Part shown: one piece after another, positions 51,732-62,105 of the stretch
Numbering within the stretch: position 1 is the stretch's first letter
Layout of the letters: every line of letters begins with the position of its first letter
DNA from: a bacterium
Lineage (GTDB): Bacteria; Zhuqueibacterota; Zhuqueibacteria; Residuimicrobiales; Krinioviventaceae
Reading direction: 5' to 3'
Assembly (NCBI GenBank): GCA_963675755.2
Contig: CAXXMD010000002.1
Coordinates: forward strand, 2,240,001-2,304,000
Length of the DNA stretch: 64,000 bases
Notes under the pieces: model-generated
What the model was told of the DNA's origin: nothing
Databases searched by the model: none
Seen by the model: only the letters and a program-made list of their open reading frames with translations
Position numbers and translations under genes: made by a program

Positions 51732-52219
51732 TGCTCTTAAAATTGAAATTAGGTCTTGATAAATTTTTAGAATATTTAACAGCAGCATCGATGGCCATTC
51801 TGGTCATCGATGTTACCTGGCAGGTTATTACCCGTTTTATCATGAAAGATCCCAGTTCATGGACTGAAGAACTGGCAATTTATCTGATGATCTGGGTAGG
51901 GCTTTTGGGCTCTGCTGTAGCGCTGCATCGCCATGCGCACCTGGGTATTGATTACTTTGTTGGCAAACTTGAGCCAAAGAAAAGACTTTATACAGAAATT
52001 TTTGTATATGCGTTTGTTACTTTCTTTGCAGTATCCGTTCTTTTTATTGGTGGCATCCAATTGGTATCGCTTACGCTGCTACAAAAACAGATTTCACCCG
52101 CTCTGGGAATACATGTAGGTTATGTATACCTGGCAGTTCCTATTGCCGGTTTTTTCATTACCATATATTGCATTGAATTTTTAATCAATACTTTTAAAAC
52201 GATAAAAAGCATTATTTGA
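51731..52219 (+). CDS. dctQ: TRAP transporter small permease DctQ
   Basis: WTEELA, HLGID; 4 TM. Confidence 0.93.
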   Translation: MLLKLKLGLDKFLEYLTAASMAILVIDVTWQVITRFIMKDPSSWTEELAIYLMIWVGLLGSAVALHRHAHLGIDYFVGKLEPKKRLYTEIFVYAFVTFFAVSVLFIGGIQLVSLTLLQKQISPALGIHVGYVYLAVPIAGFFITIYCIEFLINTFKTIKSII

Positions 52220-52247
52220 ACGAATTTATAAATAAACAGGAATATTT

Positions 52248-53546
52248 ATGGACTGGCCCCTAATTACTTTATTATCAACATTTTTGATATTACTGGTTTT
52301 AAATGTACCTATTGCGTTTTCAATCGGATTGTCCACATTATTCACCATTTTTGCGATCGGCGGACTGCCTGGGTTTAAGCTTGTAGCGCTTACCATTACA
52401 ACGGGTATTGACAGCTTTGCTCTGCTGGCTATTCCCTTTTTCATTCTTGCCGGACAGCTCATGGGACGTGGTGGTATTGCTCGCCGTTTAATCGACTTTG
52501 CGAATGTGCTGGTTGGTCGGTTTCCGGGTGGACTCTCTTATGTAAATATCATGACATGTATGTTCTTTGGTGCAATTTCCGGTTCCGCGGTTGCCGCTGT
52601 TTCCAGTGTGGGTGGTTTCATGATCCCGCTGATGAACAAAGAAGGCTATCACCGTGATTTCAACGCATCAGTTACCATTACTGCTGCAACAACCGGGCTG
52701 TTGATTCCACCAAGCAACGTTATGATTGTTTACTCTTTGGCAACCGGTGGTGCTGTTTCTATTGCCGCTATCTTTTTAGCGGGTTTTCTGCCCGGTATCT
52801 TGATGGGTCTTGGCCTTATGGTTGTTAGCGGTTTTATTTCAATCAAAAAAGGTTACGGAAAAGGCGTTACCTTTGGTTTCAAAGAAAGTATTGTAAAATT
52901 CTTAATTGCAATACCAGCACTTTTTCTAATTGTATTGGTTATGGGTGGTATTCTTGCAGGTATTTTTACAGCTACTGAAGCTTCAGCCATCGCAGTAGTT
53001 TACGCGTTTTTCCTCTCGGTATTTGTTTATCGTGAAGTTAAACTCAAAGATTTGCCAGACATCTTTTTGCAGTCAGGTATTACCACAGCTGTTGTTATGC
53101 TGCTCATTGGAACCTCTATGGCAATGTCATGGGTACTCGCTTACCAGAGCATCCCGCAAGACATTAGTGCAGGTCTCTTGAGTATTAGCAACAATCCTAT
53201 CATTATTCTGTTGATCATCAACTTGTTGTTGTTGTTCGTTGGAACATTTATGGACATGACCCCGGCGGTACTGATCTTTACTCCCATCTTTTTGCCTATC
53301 GTTATGAATCTGGGTGTACACCCCATTCATTTCGGTATTGTTATGATCATGAACCTTTGTATCGGTATTTGTACCCCACCGGTTGGATCATGTTTGTTTG
53401 TAGGATGTGGTATTGCTGAAACCACAATTACCAAAGTAATTCGCCATATATTACCATTCTTTATGGCAATGATTGTTGTATTGTTCATTGTTACCTATAT
53501 ACCCAAGATATCATTGCTGGTACCGAGCTGGTTCGGATTTAAATAA
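52248..53546 (+). CDS. dctM: TRAP transporter large permease DctM
   Basis: LAIPFFILAG, GAISGSA, LIPPS, FTATEAS, TPPVG. Confidence 0.95.
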   Translation: MDWPLITLLSTFLILLVLNVPIAFSIGLSTLFTIFAIGGLPGFKLVALTITTGIDSFALLAIPFFILAGQLMGRGGIARRLIDFANVLVGRFPGGLSYVNIMTCMFFGAISGSAVAAVSSVGGFMIPLMNKEGYHRDFNASVTITAATTGLLIPPSNVMIVYSLATGGAVSIAAIFLAGFLPGILMGLGLMVVSGFISIKKGYGKGVTFGFKESIVKFLIAIPALFLIVLVMGGILAGIFTATEASAIAVVYAFFLSVFVYREVKLKDLPDIFLQSGITTAVVMLLIGTSMAMSWVLAYQSIPQDISAGLLSISNNPIIILLIINLLLLFVGTFMDMTPAVLIFTPIFLPIVMNLGVHPIHFGIVMIMNLCIGICTPPVGSCLFVGCGIAETTITKVIRHILPFFMAMIVVLFIVTYIPKISLLVPSWFGFK

Positions 53547-53566
53547 AAATTGACTGGTCCCTCAAA

Positions 53567-54616
53567 ATGCCAATGACTATAGGTGATATTGCAAAATTAG
53601 CAGGAGTGTCGCGGGCTACCGTTTCAGGTGTTTTAAATAATAGCCCAACGGTTAGCAAAAAAACACATGAACGGGTTATGGCGATAATTAAAGAACATAA
53701 TTATCGTCCAAACGAAGTTGCCCGCGCTCTGGCTCTCAACAAAACAGGCATTCTTGGACTCTTGGTCAAAGATGTATCCAACCCGCTTTACAGCAAACTT
53801 GCCCTGGGTGTTGAAGAGATTTGCGATGAAAATGAATACAATCTGATCATCAGCAACTCTCATGTAGACTGGGAACGACAGGTAAAAACTATCAACCTGT
53901 TAAAACGCAGACGTGTAGACGGATTGATCATTTTCCCACTGCAAAAAGGTCACGACCCTGTACAGATCAAAGACCTGCAAAAAGACAAGTTTCCATTCGT
54001 ACTGCTGGCTGAATTGCCGGGTATTGAAGCGGATCTTGTAAGGGTTGATGATGAAAGTGGTTCGTACCAGGCTACATCGCACCTGTTAAAGCTCGGGCGT
54101 AAACACATAGCCTATATCAGCGGTCCCGATCTTGCCCTTGCCAGTGAACGTCGTTTAAAGGGATACAAAAAAGCATTAGCACATTATGATGTACCCTTTG
54201 ATGAAAAAATGATACGTAAAGGCGGATGGCGTCTTGATGATGGCTACAACGCAGGGCTGGAACTATTGGGCTGTGACTTTCAATGTCCCGATGCTGTATT
54301 TTGTTACAATGATTCGGTGGCTATAGGATTAATAAGGGCATTTATGGAACGCGGTAAACGTGTTCCCGAAGATGTTTCAGTAATCGGTTTTGACGACACG
54401 GGAGTAGCATCATATTTAGAAACATCTTTGACAACTGTGGCTCAGCCCGCAAAGGAAATAGGCCGCAAAGCAACAGAATTGCTTTTAAAACGTATCAAAA
54501 ACCGGAACAAAACAGTTAAACCGCATAAAATTCTGATCAATACACATTTGATGGTACGTGAAACATGCGGCGCAAATTTAAAAGGCAGCGTTAAAGCCCA
54601 GGTTCCAGTGGATTAA
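53567..54616 (+). CDS. LacI-family transcriptional regulator
   Basis: TIGDIAKLAGVSRATVSGVLN HTH; YRPN; VIGFDD, LTTVAQP. Confidence 0.95.
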   Translation: MPMTIGDIAKLAGVSRATVSGVLNNSPTVSKKTHERVMAIIKEHNYRPNEVARALALNKTGILGLLVKDVSNPLYSKLALGVEEICDENEYNLIISNSHVDWERQVKTINLLKRRRVDGLIIFPLQKGHDPVQIKDLQKDKFPFVLLAELPGIEADLVRVDDESGSYQATSHLLKLGRKHIAYISGPDLALASERRLKGYKKALAHYDVPFDEKMIRKGGWRLDDGYNAGLELLGCDFQCPDAVFCYNDSVAIGLIRAFMERGKRVPEDVSVIGFDDTGVASYLETSLTTVAQPAKEIGRKATELLLKRIKNRNKTVKPHKILINTHLMVRETCGANLKGSVKAQVPVD

Positions 54617-54780
54617 TGTTGTTTGGCCTGTTTGACGTTTAATTTTTATTCAGTTTTTAATTTTCCGGAAAATACCGGAATTTTAAAAAGTGATTTGTTT
54701 TACAATATGTTATATAAATTAATAAATGCAGCAGATCAATCCAAAATTTGTTGCATTCCCGTTTAGACTGGAGGTATTTA

Positions 54781-55560
54781 TTGAGTTACGTAGAAAACAT
54801 GTTTAGTTTAAAAGGACAGGTTGCTGCCGTTATTGGTGGTGCCGGTGTTCTTGCCGGTGAAATGGCCCATGGACTGGCAAAAGCCGGTGCAGATATTGCC
54901 ATTCTCGACCTGAATCTTGAAAATGCAGAAAAGATGGCTGCTTCTATTCGCGAGCAGGGTGTTAAATCTATAGCAATCAAGGTAGATGCTACATCTAAAT
55001 CTGATCTTGAAAATGCAGAAGCACAAATTCGCAAAGAACTGGGAACCACAAGTATTTTAATCAATGCACCTGGTATCAATTCCAGCACCCCATTTTTTGA
55101 AATCACAGAAAACGAATGGGACAAAATCATCCAGGTTAACTTGAAAAGTATTTTCATGGCTTGCCAGATTTTTGCAAAACAAATGATTGACGACAAGGTC
55201 AAAGGCAGCATTATCAATATTTCTTCTGCTTCTTCAGGCCCACCACTCTCCAAAGTATTCACTTATGGTGTAAGCAAGGCAGGAATAAATAATATGACAC
55301 AATACCTGGCACGTGAATGGGCAACACAGGGTGTACGTGTAAATGCAATTGCCCCCGGATTCTTTCCGGCAGAACAAAACCGCAAAATCCTGACCCCGGA
55401 ACGTACAGAATCCATTATGCGTCATACTCCCATGGATCGTTTTGGTGACGCTGAAGAATTGGTTGGTGCTACAATCTGGTTATCGTCAGAAAAAGCTGCT
55501 TCCTTTGTTACCGGCGCGCTGATCCGCGTTGATGGTGGCTATACAGCAATGACAATATAA
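54781..55560 (+). CDS. SDR oxidoreductase, D-mannonate oxidoreductase (UxuB-like) / sugar-acid dehydrogenase
   Basis: [32 protein letters not shown]; TTG start after GGAGG. Confidence 0.8.
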   Translation: MSYVENMFSLKGQVAAVIGGAGVLAGEMAHGLAKAGADIAILDLNLENAEKMAASIREQGVKSIAIKVDATSKSDLENAEAQIRKELGTTSILINAPGINSSTPFFEITENEWDKIIQVNLKSIFMACQIFAKQMIDDKVKGSIINISSASSGPPLSKVFTYGVSKAGINNMTQYLAREWATQGVRVNAIAPGFFPAEQNRKILTPERTESIMRHTPMDRFGDAEELVGATIWLSSEKAASFVTGALIRVDGGYTAMTI

Positions 55561-55603
55561 TATAAAAATTAATATAAAAGCGATAGAGAAGGAGATTTAC
55601 AAT

Positions 55604-57055
55604 ATGAGCAAATGTGATATCGGCCTGATTGGTTTGGCCGTTATGGGCGAAAACCTGATTTTAAATATGGAAAGTCATGGTTATACTGTTGCAGCTTTTA
55701 ATCGTACAACTGCCAAAGTTGACAATTTCATGAATGGTCGCGCCAAAGGTAAAAATATTGTTGGATGTTACAGCATTGAAGAACTGGTTTCTAATCTTAA
55801 AACCCCTCGCCGTGTTATGTTAATGGTTAAGGCAGGTAAACCGGTTGATGATTTTATTGAAATGATCATCCCCCATTTAGACAAAGGTGATATCATCATC
55901 GATGGTGGTAACAGTCATTTTCCGGACACAATTCGTCGTACCCAGTACCTTGAAGAAAAAGGTTTGCAATATATCGGTACCGGTGTTTCCGGTGGCGAAG
56001 AAGGCGCTCTCAAAGGTCCTTCAATCATGCCCGGTGGTTCACCAGACGCATGGCCGCACGTTAAAGACATTTTCCAGGACATTTCTGCCAAAGCTATGGG
56101 CGAACCCTGTTGTCAATGGGTTGGCAGCGATGGTGCAGGTCACTTTGTAAAAATGGTACACAATGGTATCGAATATGGTGACATGCAGATGATCTGTGAA
56201 GCCTACTCTTTAATGGAAAATGTTCTTGGTTTATCTTATGATGAAATGCACAAAATCTTTGATGAATGGAACAAAGGCGAACTGGACAGTTATCTCATCG
56301 AAATTACCCGTGATATTATGGCTAAAAAAGATGAAGAAACCGGCAAAGCCATGCCAGAAGTTATTCTTGACACTGCTGGCCAAAAAGGTACCGGAAAATG
56401 GACCAGTGTTGCAGCACTGGATATAGGTATTCCCGCGCAGACGGTAGCCGAAGCTGTATTCGCACGTACCATGAGCGCAATCAAAGAAGAACGCGTTGCC
56501 GCATCCAAAGAACTCAAAGGCCCGGATGTAAAATTTGACGGCAACAAGGAAGAATTCATTGAAATGATTCGTAAAGCATTGTACGCTTCCAAGATTTGTT
56601 CTTACGCTCAGGGGTATCAATTGATTAGAGCTGCAGCGGCTGAATACAACTGGGACCTGAAATATGGTGAAATCGCTCTTATGTGGCGTGAAGGTTGTAT
56701 CATCCGTGCGCAATTCCTCGGAAAAATCAAAGAAGCTTTTGACAATAATCCTGAATTAGCAAACTTGCTGCTTGATCCGTATTTCAAAGGTATCATTGAA
56801 AACAATCAGCAAGCATGGAGAGCCGTTATTTCCAAAGCTGTTGAAATGGGTATTCCTGTACCAGCTTTCAGTAGCGCATTATCTTATTTTGACGGTTACC
56901 GCAGTGAAAGATTACCCGCTAATTTACTTCAGGCACAACGTGATTATTTTGGCGCTCACACCTACGAACGTGTTGACAAACCTCGCGGCGAATATTTCCA
57001 CACAAACTGGACTGGTCGTGGCGGCAGCACATCAGCTTCTACTTATGTAGCTTAA
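55604..57055 (+). CDS. gnd: 6-phosphogluconate dehydrogenase, NADP-dependent
   Basis: [35 protein letters not shown]. Confidence 0.96.
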   Translation: MSKCDIGLIGLAVMGENLILNMESHGYTVAAFNRTTAKVDNFMNGRAKGKNIVGCYSIEELVSNLKTPRRVMLMVKAGKPVDDFIEMIIPHLDKGDIIIDGGNSHFPDTIRRTQYLEEKGLQYIGTGVSGGEEGALKGPSIMPGGSPDAWPHVKDIFQDISAKAMGEPCCQWVGSDGAGHFVKMVHNGIEYGDMQMICEAYSLMENVLGLSYDEMHKIFDEWNKGELDSYLIEITRDIMAKKDEETGKAMPEVILDTAGQKGTGKWTSVAALDIGIPAQTVAEAVFARTMSAIKEERVAASKELKGPDVKFDGNKEEFIEMIRKALYASKICSYAQGYQLIRAAAAEYNWDLKYGEIALMWREGCIIRAQFLGKIKEAFDNNPELANLLLDPYFKGIIENNQQAWRAVISKAVEMGIPVPAFSSALSYFDGYRSERLPANLLQAQRDYFGAHTYERVDKPRGEYFHTNWTGRGGSTSASTYVA

Positions 57056-57062
57056 TTTTTAC

Positions 57063-57094
57063 AGACCTTTGGGTTTATGACCCAAAGGTCTTTT
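57063..57094 (+). terminator. Hairpin/terminator after gnd
   Basis: AGACCTTTGGGT/ACCCAAAGGTCT 12-bp stem followed by a short T run. Confidence 0.7.
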
Positions 57095-57139
57095 ATTACA
57101 AAAGAATGATAATATCAATATTATAATTACAGGTATAAA

Positions 57140-58399
57140 ATGGTAACAGGATTCGGTTCTACAGAAAAAAAGCTCGACGAAAAACAGATATTAGACATCT
57201 GTACCGAGGGCTTGAAAAATTATGATTTAGACAATAAAAAAATTCTTGCGGTAATACCAGACCATTCTCGCACGGCTCCCATCGATGTTATGTTTCGTAC
57301 GGTATATGGGTTGCTTGCAGACAAGGTAGAATTACTTGACTTTATTGTAGCATTGGGTACACACCCCCCAATGTCGGATGAAGCAATCAACCATCGTGTT
57401 GGCATTACCCAGGAAGAAAGAACCACAACCTATCCCAAAGCTCGCTTTTTTAATCATCACTGGAAAGATCCCAACCAGCTTGCAGTCATTGGAACGCTTT
57501 CTGAAGATAAAGTTGCAGAAATTTCAAATGGTCTGTTAAAGCAAAAAGTGGATATAACCATCAACAAGATGGTACTGAATTACGATTATATACTCATCAT
57601 TGGTCCCACATTTCCGCACGAAGTTGTTGGATTCTCGGGTGGTACCAAGTACCTGTTCCCCGGAATTGCGGGACAGGAAATCATCGACATGTTCCACTGG
57701 CTGGGTGCGCTCATTACGAATCCCAAAATTATCGGTACAAAATATACCCCGGTCCGCAAGGTAGTTGATGAAGCGGCAAAAATGCTCCCCGTCAAACAGA
57801 TTTGCGCAAGCCTGGTTGTTAAGGGATATGATCTGGCAGGATTGTATATTGGTGATCCCAAAGAAGCATGGGAAAGTGCTTCAGACTTGTCAGACAAGCT
57901 CCACATTGTATATAAAGACAAACCTTTTCACACGGTTCTCTCTTGTGCGCCTGAAATGTATGATGACTTGTGGACAGGCGGTAAGTGTATGTATAAACTC
58001 GAACCTGTGGTTGCTGACGGTGGCGAACTGATTATCTATGCACCCCATATCAAAGAAGTCTCTATTACCCATGGTGAGCACATTGAAAAAATTGGTTATC
58101 ACGTTAGAGATTATTTTGTAAAACAGATGGATAAATTTACAGATGTTCCGGGTGGTGTAATGGCACATTCCACACATGTACGCGGTATTGGAACATTTGA
58201 AGACGGTGTGGAAAAGCCCAGAATTAAAGTTACTCTGGCAACTCAAATTCCACCAGAGGTCTGCGAAAAAATCAACATGGGATATCGTGATCCCAATACA
58301 ATAAATAAAAATGATTTCATGGATCGTGAAGATGAAGGCATTTTATATGTTGCCAAAGCTGGTGAAATGCTTTACAGACTCAAAGATGATCCATTTTAA
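57140..58399 (+). CDS. LarA (lactate racemase) superfamily alpha-hydroxyacid racemase/epimerase
   Basis: IPDHSRT, ALGTH, FNHHW, PHEVVGFSGGTK. Confidence 0.88.
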   Translation: MVTGFGSTEKKLDEKQILDICTEGLKNYDLDNKKILAVIPDHSRTAPIDVMFRTVYGLLADKVELLDFIVALGTHPPMSDEAINHRVGITQEERTTTYPKARFFNHHWKDPNQLAVIGTLSEDKVAEISNGLLKQKVDITINKMVLNYDYILIIGPTFPHEVVGFSGGTKYLFPGIAGQEIIDMFHWLGALITNPKIIGTKYTPVRKVVDEAAKMLPVKQICASLVVKGYDLAGLYIGDPKEAWESASDLSDKLHIVYKDKPFHTVLSCAPEMYDDLWTGGKCMYKLEPVVADGGELIIYAPHIKEVSITHGEHIEKIGYHVRDYFVKQMDKFTDVPGGVMAHSTHVRGIGTFEDGVEKPRIKVTLATQIPPEVCEKINMGYRDPNTINKNDFMDREDEGILYVAKAGEMLYRLKDDPF

Positions 58400-58439
58400 T
58401 TAAGATAAAAAATAAATAGAAATATGTGGAGGATTTGCA

Positions 58440-59729
58440 ATGCCGGCAAATAAAAATGTGGTTGTTGCTCAATCCGGTGGTCCGTCTCCGGTTATCAATA
58501 ATACCCTGCGCGGTATTATTGAAACATGTAAAATGTTTCCGGATAAATTTGAGAAAATTTACGGCGGATGGCATGGTATTGAAGGTGTGTTAAAAGAAGA
58601 ACTGTTAGATATCTCTGCCCAAAAAGAAGAAGAAATCAGCTTACTTCGCAATACTCCCGCAGCAGGTTCTATCGGTTCCTGCCGCTATAAACTCAAAGCC
58701 CACCAGGAAGAAGATTTTGAAAGGGTTGTAGAGGTTTTAAAAGCTCACAATGTAGGCTATTTTTTCTATATCGGTGGAAATGATTCCATGGATACCGCAA
58801 ACAAGATCGCCAAACTGGCCCATGAACGGGGTCTGGATTTGATCGCAGTGGGTGGTTCCAAAACAATTGATAACGATGTAGGTGACTCTGAATTTAAACT
58901 GATTGACCATACACCCGGTTACGGTAGTGTTGCCAGATACTGGGCTTTGAATGTTCAAAACGCAAACGAAGAAAACCTGGGTTCTAGCCCGGCTGATCCT
59001 GTTCTCGTTTTACAGGCAATGGGTCGCAAAATCGGTTTTATCCCTGCTGCAGCTCGTCTTGCTGATCCCAAACGCGAAATGCCATTACAGATTTATATGC
59101 CTGAATCAGAATTGACACTTGATGAATTGACCGACAATGTAAACGATGAATTGAATAAAAGTGGTCGCTGTGTTGTCGTTGTAAGTGAAGGCCTGAATGT
59201 GGGTGATATTGGCGAAGTTAAAGACTCTTTTGGTCATACCGAATTCAGTTCCAGTATGTTTACGGCTCAACAGGTTGTTGTAAACCATCTGAACAAAGTA
59301 GGTATCAAAGCCAAAGGTGCTGCACGCGGACAGGTTTCAGGTACCGATCAAAGAGATACAATTATCTATGCTTCAACCGTAGATTTGGATGAATCATACA
59401 AAGTTGGACAAAATTGTGTTGTAATCGCTTTGGAACATGGCTCAGGTTACATGTCTACAATCTTACGTAAACCCGGCCTTATTTATAACGTTGATTTTGA
59501 TAAAGTTCCTCTTGATCTTGTTGCTAATTCAGAACGCGAATTCCCCAAAGAATGGATTTCAGCAAATAAATATGATGTAACTGATGAATTTGTTAAATAC
59601 GCGCGCCCATTAATTGGTGAAGATTGGGTAAGTGTTCCCAAAATTAACGGATTACAACGTTTTGCACGTTTTGAAAAAATATTTGCCGGACAAAAATTAC
59701 CCAAATATGTTCCGGAAGGTGAACGTTAA
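58440..59729 (+). CDS. PfkA-family kinase, PPi-type signature
   Basis: QSGGP, GSCR, IGGNDS (Asp), SKTIDND (Lys), MGR, VSEG. Confidence 0.88.
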   Translation: MPANKNVVVAQSGGPSPVINNTLRGIIETCKMFPDKFEKIYGGWHGIEGVLKEELLDISAQKEEEISLLRNTPAAGSIGSCRYKLKAHQEEDFERVVEVLKAHNVGYFFYIGGNDSMDTANKIAKLAHERGLDLIAVGGSKTIDNDVGDSEFKLIDHTPGYGSVARYWALNVQNANEENLGSSPADPVLVLQAMGRKIGFIPAAARLADPKREMPLQIYMPESELTLDELTDNVNDELNKSGRCVVVVSEGLNVGDIGEVKDSFGHTEFSSSMFTAQQVVVNHLNKVGIKAKGAARGQVSGTDQRDTIIYASTVDLDESYKVGQNCVVIALEHGSGYMSTILRKPGLIYNVDFDKVPLDLVANSEREFPKEWISANKYDVTDEFVKYARPLIGEDWVSVPKINGLQRFARFEKIFAGQKLPKYVPEGER

Positions 59730-59767
59730 GCAGTAATTTTAAATGATAAACAAAAGGAAAAAACCAT

Positions 59768-60652
59768 ATGTCTGATCCACAATCGGTTCTGAAATCCATG
59801 GACCCTAAACATAAATTTCTTATTGCCATTGACTCTGATGGATGTGCTTTTGATTCAATGGAAATTAAACACAAAGAATGTTTTATTCCCAATATCATCA
59901 AATACTGGGACTTGCAGCCAGTCTCCAAATATGCACGTGCAGCTGCTGAATTTGTAAATCTCTATTCCAAATGGAGAGGAATTAACCGTTTCCCGGCATT
60001 GACCATGACTCTCGATCTTTTGAAAGATTGGCCGGATGTTCAGAAACGTAATGCAAAAATCCCTGAAGCTCAGGCTGTACGTGACTGGATTGAACGTGAA
60101 ACCAAACTTGGAAATCCTGCATTGATCGCTGAAGTAGAAAAAACTCAGGATCCCGGTTTGAAACAGGCGTTGGAATGGAGTGAAGCTGTTAATAATACGG
60201 TTACTGATATTGTGTACAATGTACCACCATTCCCCTTTGTACGCGAAAGTCTGCAAAAAGTAGCTGAATGGGCAGACATTATTGTTTGTTCTGCAACACC
60301 TTATGAAGCTCTTGAACGTGAATGGAAAGAGCATGATATTGCACAATATACACGCGTAATTGCGGGTCAGGAAATGGGCAATAAAAAAGAGATCATCCAT
60401 ATGGCTGCCGATGGAAAATATGATATGGATAAAGTCATAATGATTGGTGATGCTCCTGGTGATATGAAAGCGGCAAAAGCAAATGAAGCATTATTCTTTC
60501 CCATTAAACCGGGACATGAAGATGAATCATGGGAGTTCTTTTTGAACGAAGCTGCTGATGTATTTAAAAATGGTAATTACAATTCAGATTATGAAGCAAA
60601 ACTTATTGCTGAATTTGAAAAATTACTGCCTGATACTCCCCCATGGAAATAA
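59768..60652 (+). CDS. HAD-superfamily hydrolase/phosphatase
   Basis: IDSDGC motif I, CSAT, K, MIGDAPGD. Confidence 0.88.
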   Translation: MSDPQSVLKSMDPKHKFLIAIDSDGCAFDSMEIKHKECFIPNIIKYWDLQPVSKYARAAAEFVNLYSKWRGINRFPALTMTLDLLKDWPDVQKRNAKIPEAQAVRDWIERETKLGNPALIAEVEKTQDPGLKQALEWSEAVNNTVTDIVYNVPPFPFVRESLQKVAEWADIIVCSATPYEALEREWKEHDIAQYTRVIAGQEMGNKKEIIHMAADGKYDMDKVIMIGDAPGDMKAAKANEALFFPIKPGHEDESWEFFLNEAADVFKNGNYNSDYEAKLIAEFEKLLPDTPPWK

Positions 60653-60664
60653 TTACATAGATAT

Positions 60665-60705
60665 AAAAAAAAAAGGGCATCCTGTTTAACAGGTTGCCCT
60701 TTTTT
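60665..60705. terminator. Bidirectional Rho-independent terminator
   Basis: A-run GGGCA-CCTGT...ACAGG-TGCCC T-run between convergent genes. Confidence 0.85.
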
Positions 60706-60724
60706 AATATAATATACAACTTGT

Positions 60725-61279
60725 TTAATTTGCAGAGGTTAAGAAATCCTTAGGTATAACCTCTTTAACACCTAATTTCTGAATGGTTTCTGAAGTAAAT
60801 TTATCTTTCAGGTAATCATAATGGGTCAGATTCAAAATAATGGTTTTTTGATCTGCTTCTTCAATATAACCCAAAAGCGCTCCGGATTGAATATAATCCA
60901 TAGATGAAGTTACTAATGCGATTTGTTTTTCTTTACATTTTGATAAAATGTACAATTTGTTTTTACTGTTTTCAAAAATGTAATCATCGTAAACTACCAA
61001 CACACTGTTATTGCCGATTTTTTTGGTACCATTACCAATGTCTGAAGCATCATTAATGTCATAGATAATAGCCTTGACACCAAATTGCACAGTTGCACGT
61101 GAAATTTTGTCTTTTTCTTCAGCAAGGTTATCTCTTGAAATAAAAATGTTTAATTCCTGTGCTTCAGGAAACGCTTGCTTTACTAAATAAAACAACTGCA
61201 TACTGGAAACTTTGGCAAATGAAGGCATAGCAAACACAAGAATCCCTGCAACTACTCCAATCATCTTGGCAATTTTCAT
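60725..61279 (-). CDS. Secreted hypothetical protein (periplasmic-binding/YfiR-like half domain)
   Basis: Signal peptide ending SFA; YIQSGALLG...IILNL resembles the C-terminus of ABC-binding/YfiR-like proteins; AAGGAG RBS. Confidence 0.6.
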   Translation of the reverse strand: MKIAKMIGVVAGILVFAMPSFAKVSSMQLFYLVKQAFPEAQELNIFISRDNLAEEKDKISRATVQFGVKAIIYDINDASDIGNGTKKIGNNSVLVVYDDYIFENSKNKLYILSKCKEKQIALVTSSMDYIQSGALLGYIEEADQKTIILNLTHYDYLKDKFTSETIQKLGVKEVIPKDFLTSAN

Positions 61280-61338
61280 AGTCTCTCCTTTTTATGGATT
61301 TGAATAGTGATTATATTTATTATCTTTTGAACTGTTTT

Positions 61339-61355
61339 AAGCAACTAGTATGCCA
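61339..61355 (-). promoter_or_regulatory. Sigma-54 (-24/-12) promoter
   Basis: Minus strand TGGCATACTAGTTGCTT: GG-N10-GC with consensus TGGCA...TTGC, about 60 nt upstream of the 61279 start. Confidence 0.8.
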
Positions 61356-61599
61356 CATGAATTACAAAAATGTTATTAATTTGTAAAATATTGTCGAAAA
61401 ATAACTAATTTACGTACAATCCAGATTAACGCAAATCATTTAAAAACAATAAATTAAACAAACTCACAACTTGAACATTTAAGAATAGTTTATTTTTAGT
61501 ATATATTACGTAAATTTTTAATTATTTTATTATTAAAGTGTGACATGATATGGTCAAGTGTGATATAAAAGCAACAAGTTTTATAATTATTTTGGTTTC

Positions 61600-62052
61600 A
61601 TGGATTTTAAAAATTGTATCCCTAATATTAACAGTTTCCATTTGAGTCATGACAAAAGCGAAATGACCCGAATGCTTCTGACTGTTTTTCCCAGGCATGG
61701 TCCCTATATTTTGATATAGCCAAACACTCTCTGTTCCTTTGAAAAGATTCTGGTTGAATTAACTTTTCAAAGAGTGGACAAAGCAGTTAAATATTCTATG
61801 GGAAAAAGTGGCATCATTTACATGAACAATTTCACACCGGTGTTTATTAGTTTTGTACAAGCTGTAATTATGGCATTGGGCATTGATCATACTGGTTTTG
61901 ATATTGCAATAATTGATAATCATTTATATATTCTTGAGTTCAACATAAGATTTGGAATCCGGTGTTTTGTAAAATAAGGTGTTCCATTGCATCAACACAT
62001 TTATGACTATCTTCTTGAACAGACATACCAATTGGATTGCTATCAACAATAA
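61600..62052 (+). pseudogene. Decayed RimK-like ATP-grasp gene
   Basis: One frame reads HDKSEMTR...PYILI*...SMGKSG...LGIDHTGFDIAIIDNHLYILEFNIRFG...VK*GVPLHQHIYDYLL; stops at 61717 and 61975, no start codon, central part missing. Confidence 0.65.
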
Positions 62053-62105
62053 CCGCAGTTCTTTATATTTATCTCCTGTTTCCCATTTGAATTGAAAGGA
62101 AAAAA

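Noticed and set aside
61717-61719. In-frame TAG as pyrrolysine or readthrough
   Set aside because: The same frame has a second stop (TAA), no start codon and a large deletion, so decay is the simpler explanation.
61980-62105. Purine riboswitch upstream of the DUF5020/NCS2 genes
   Set aside because: No purine aptamer core recognisable; the region is mostly the tail of the ATP-grasp relic.
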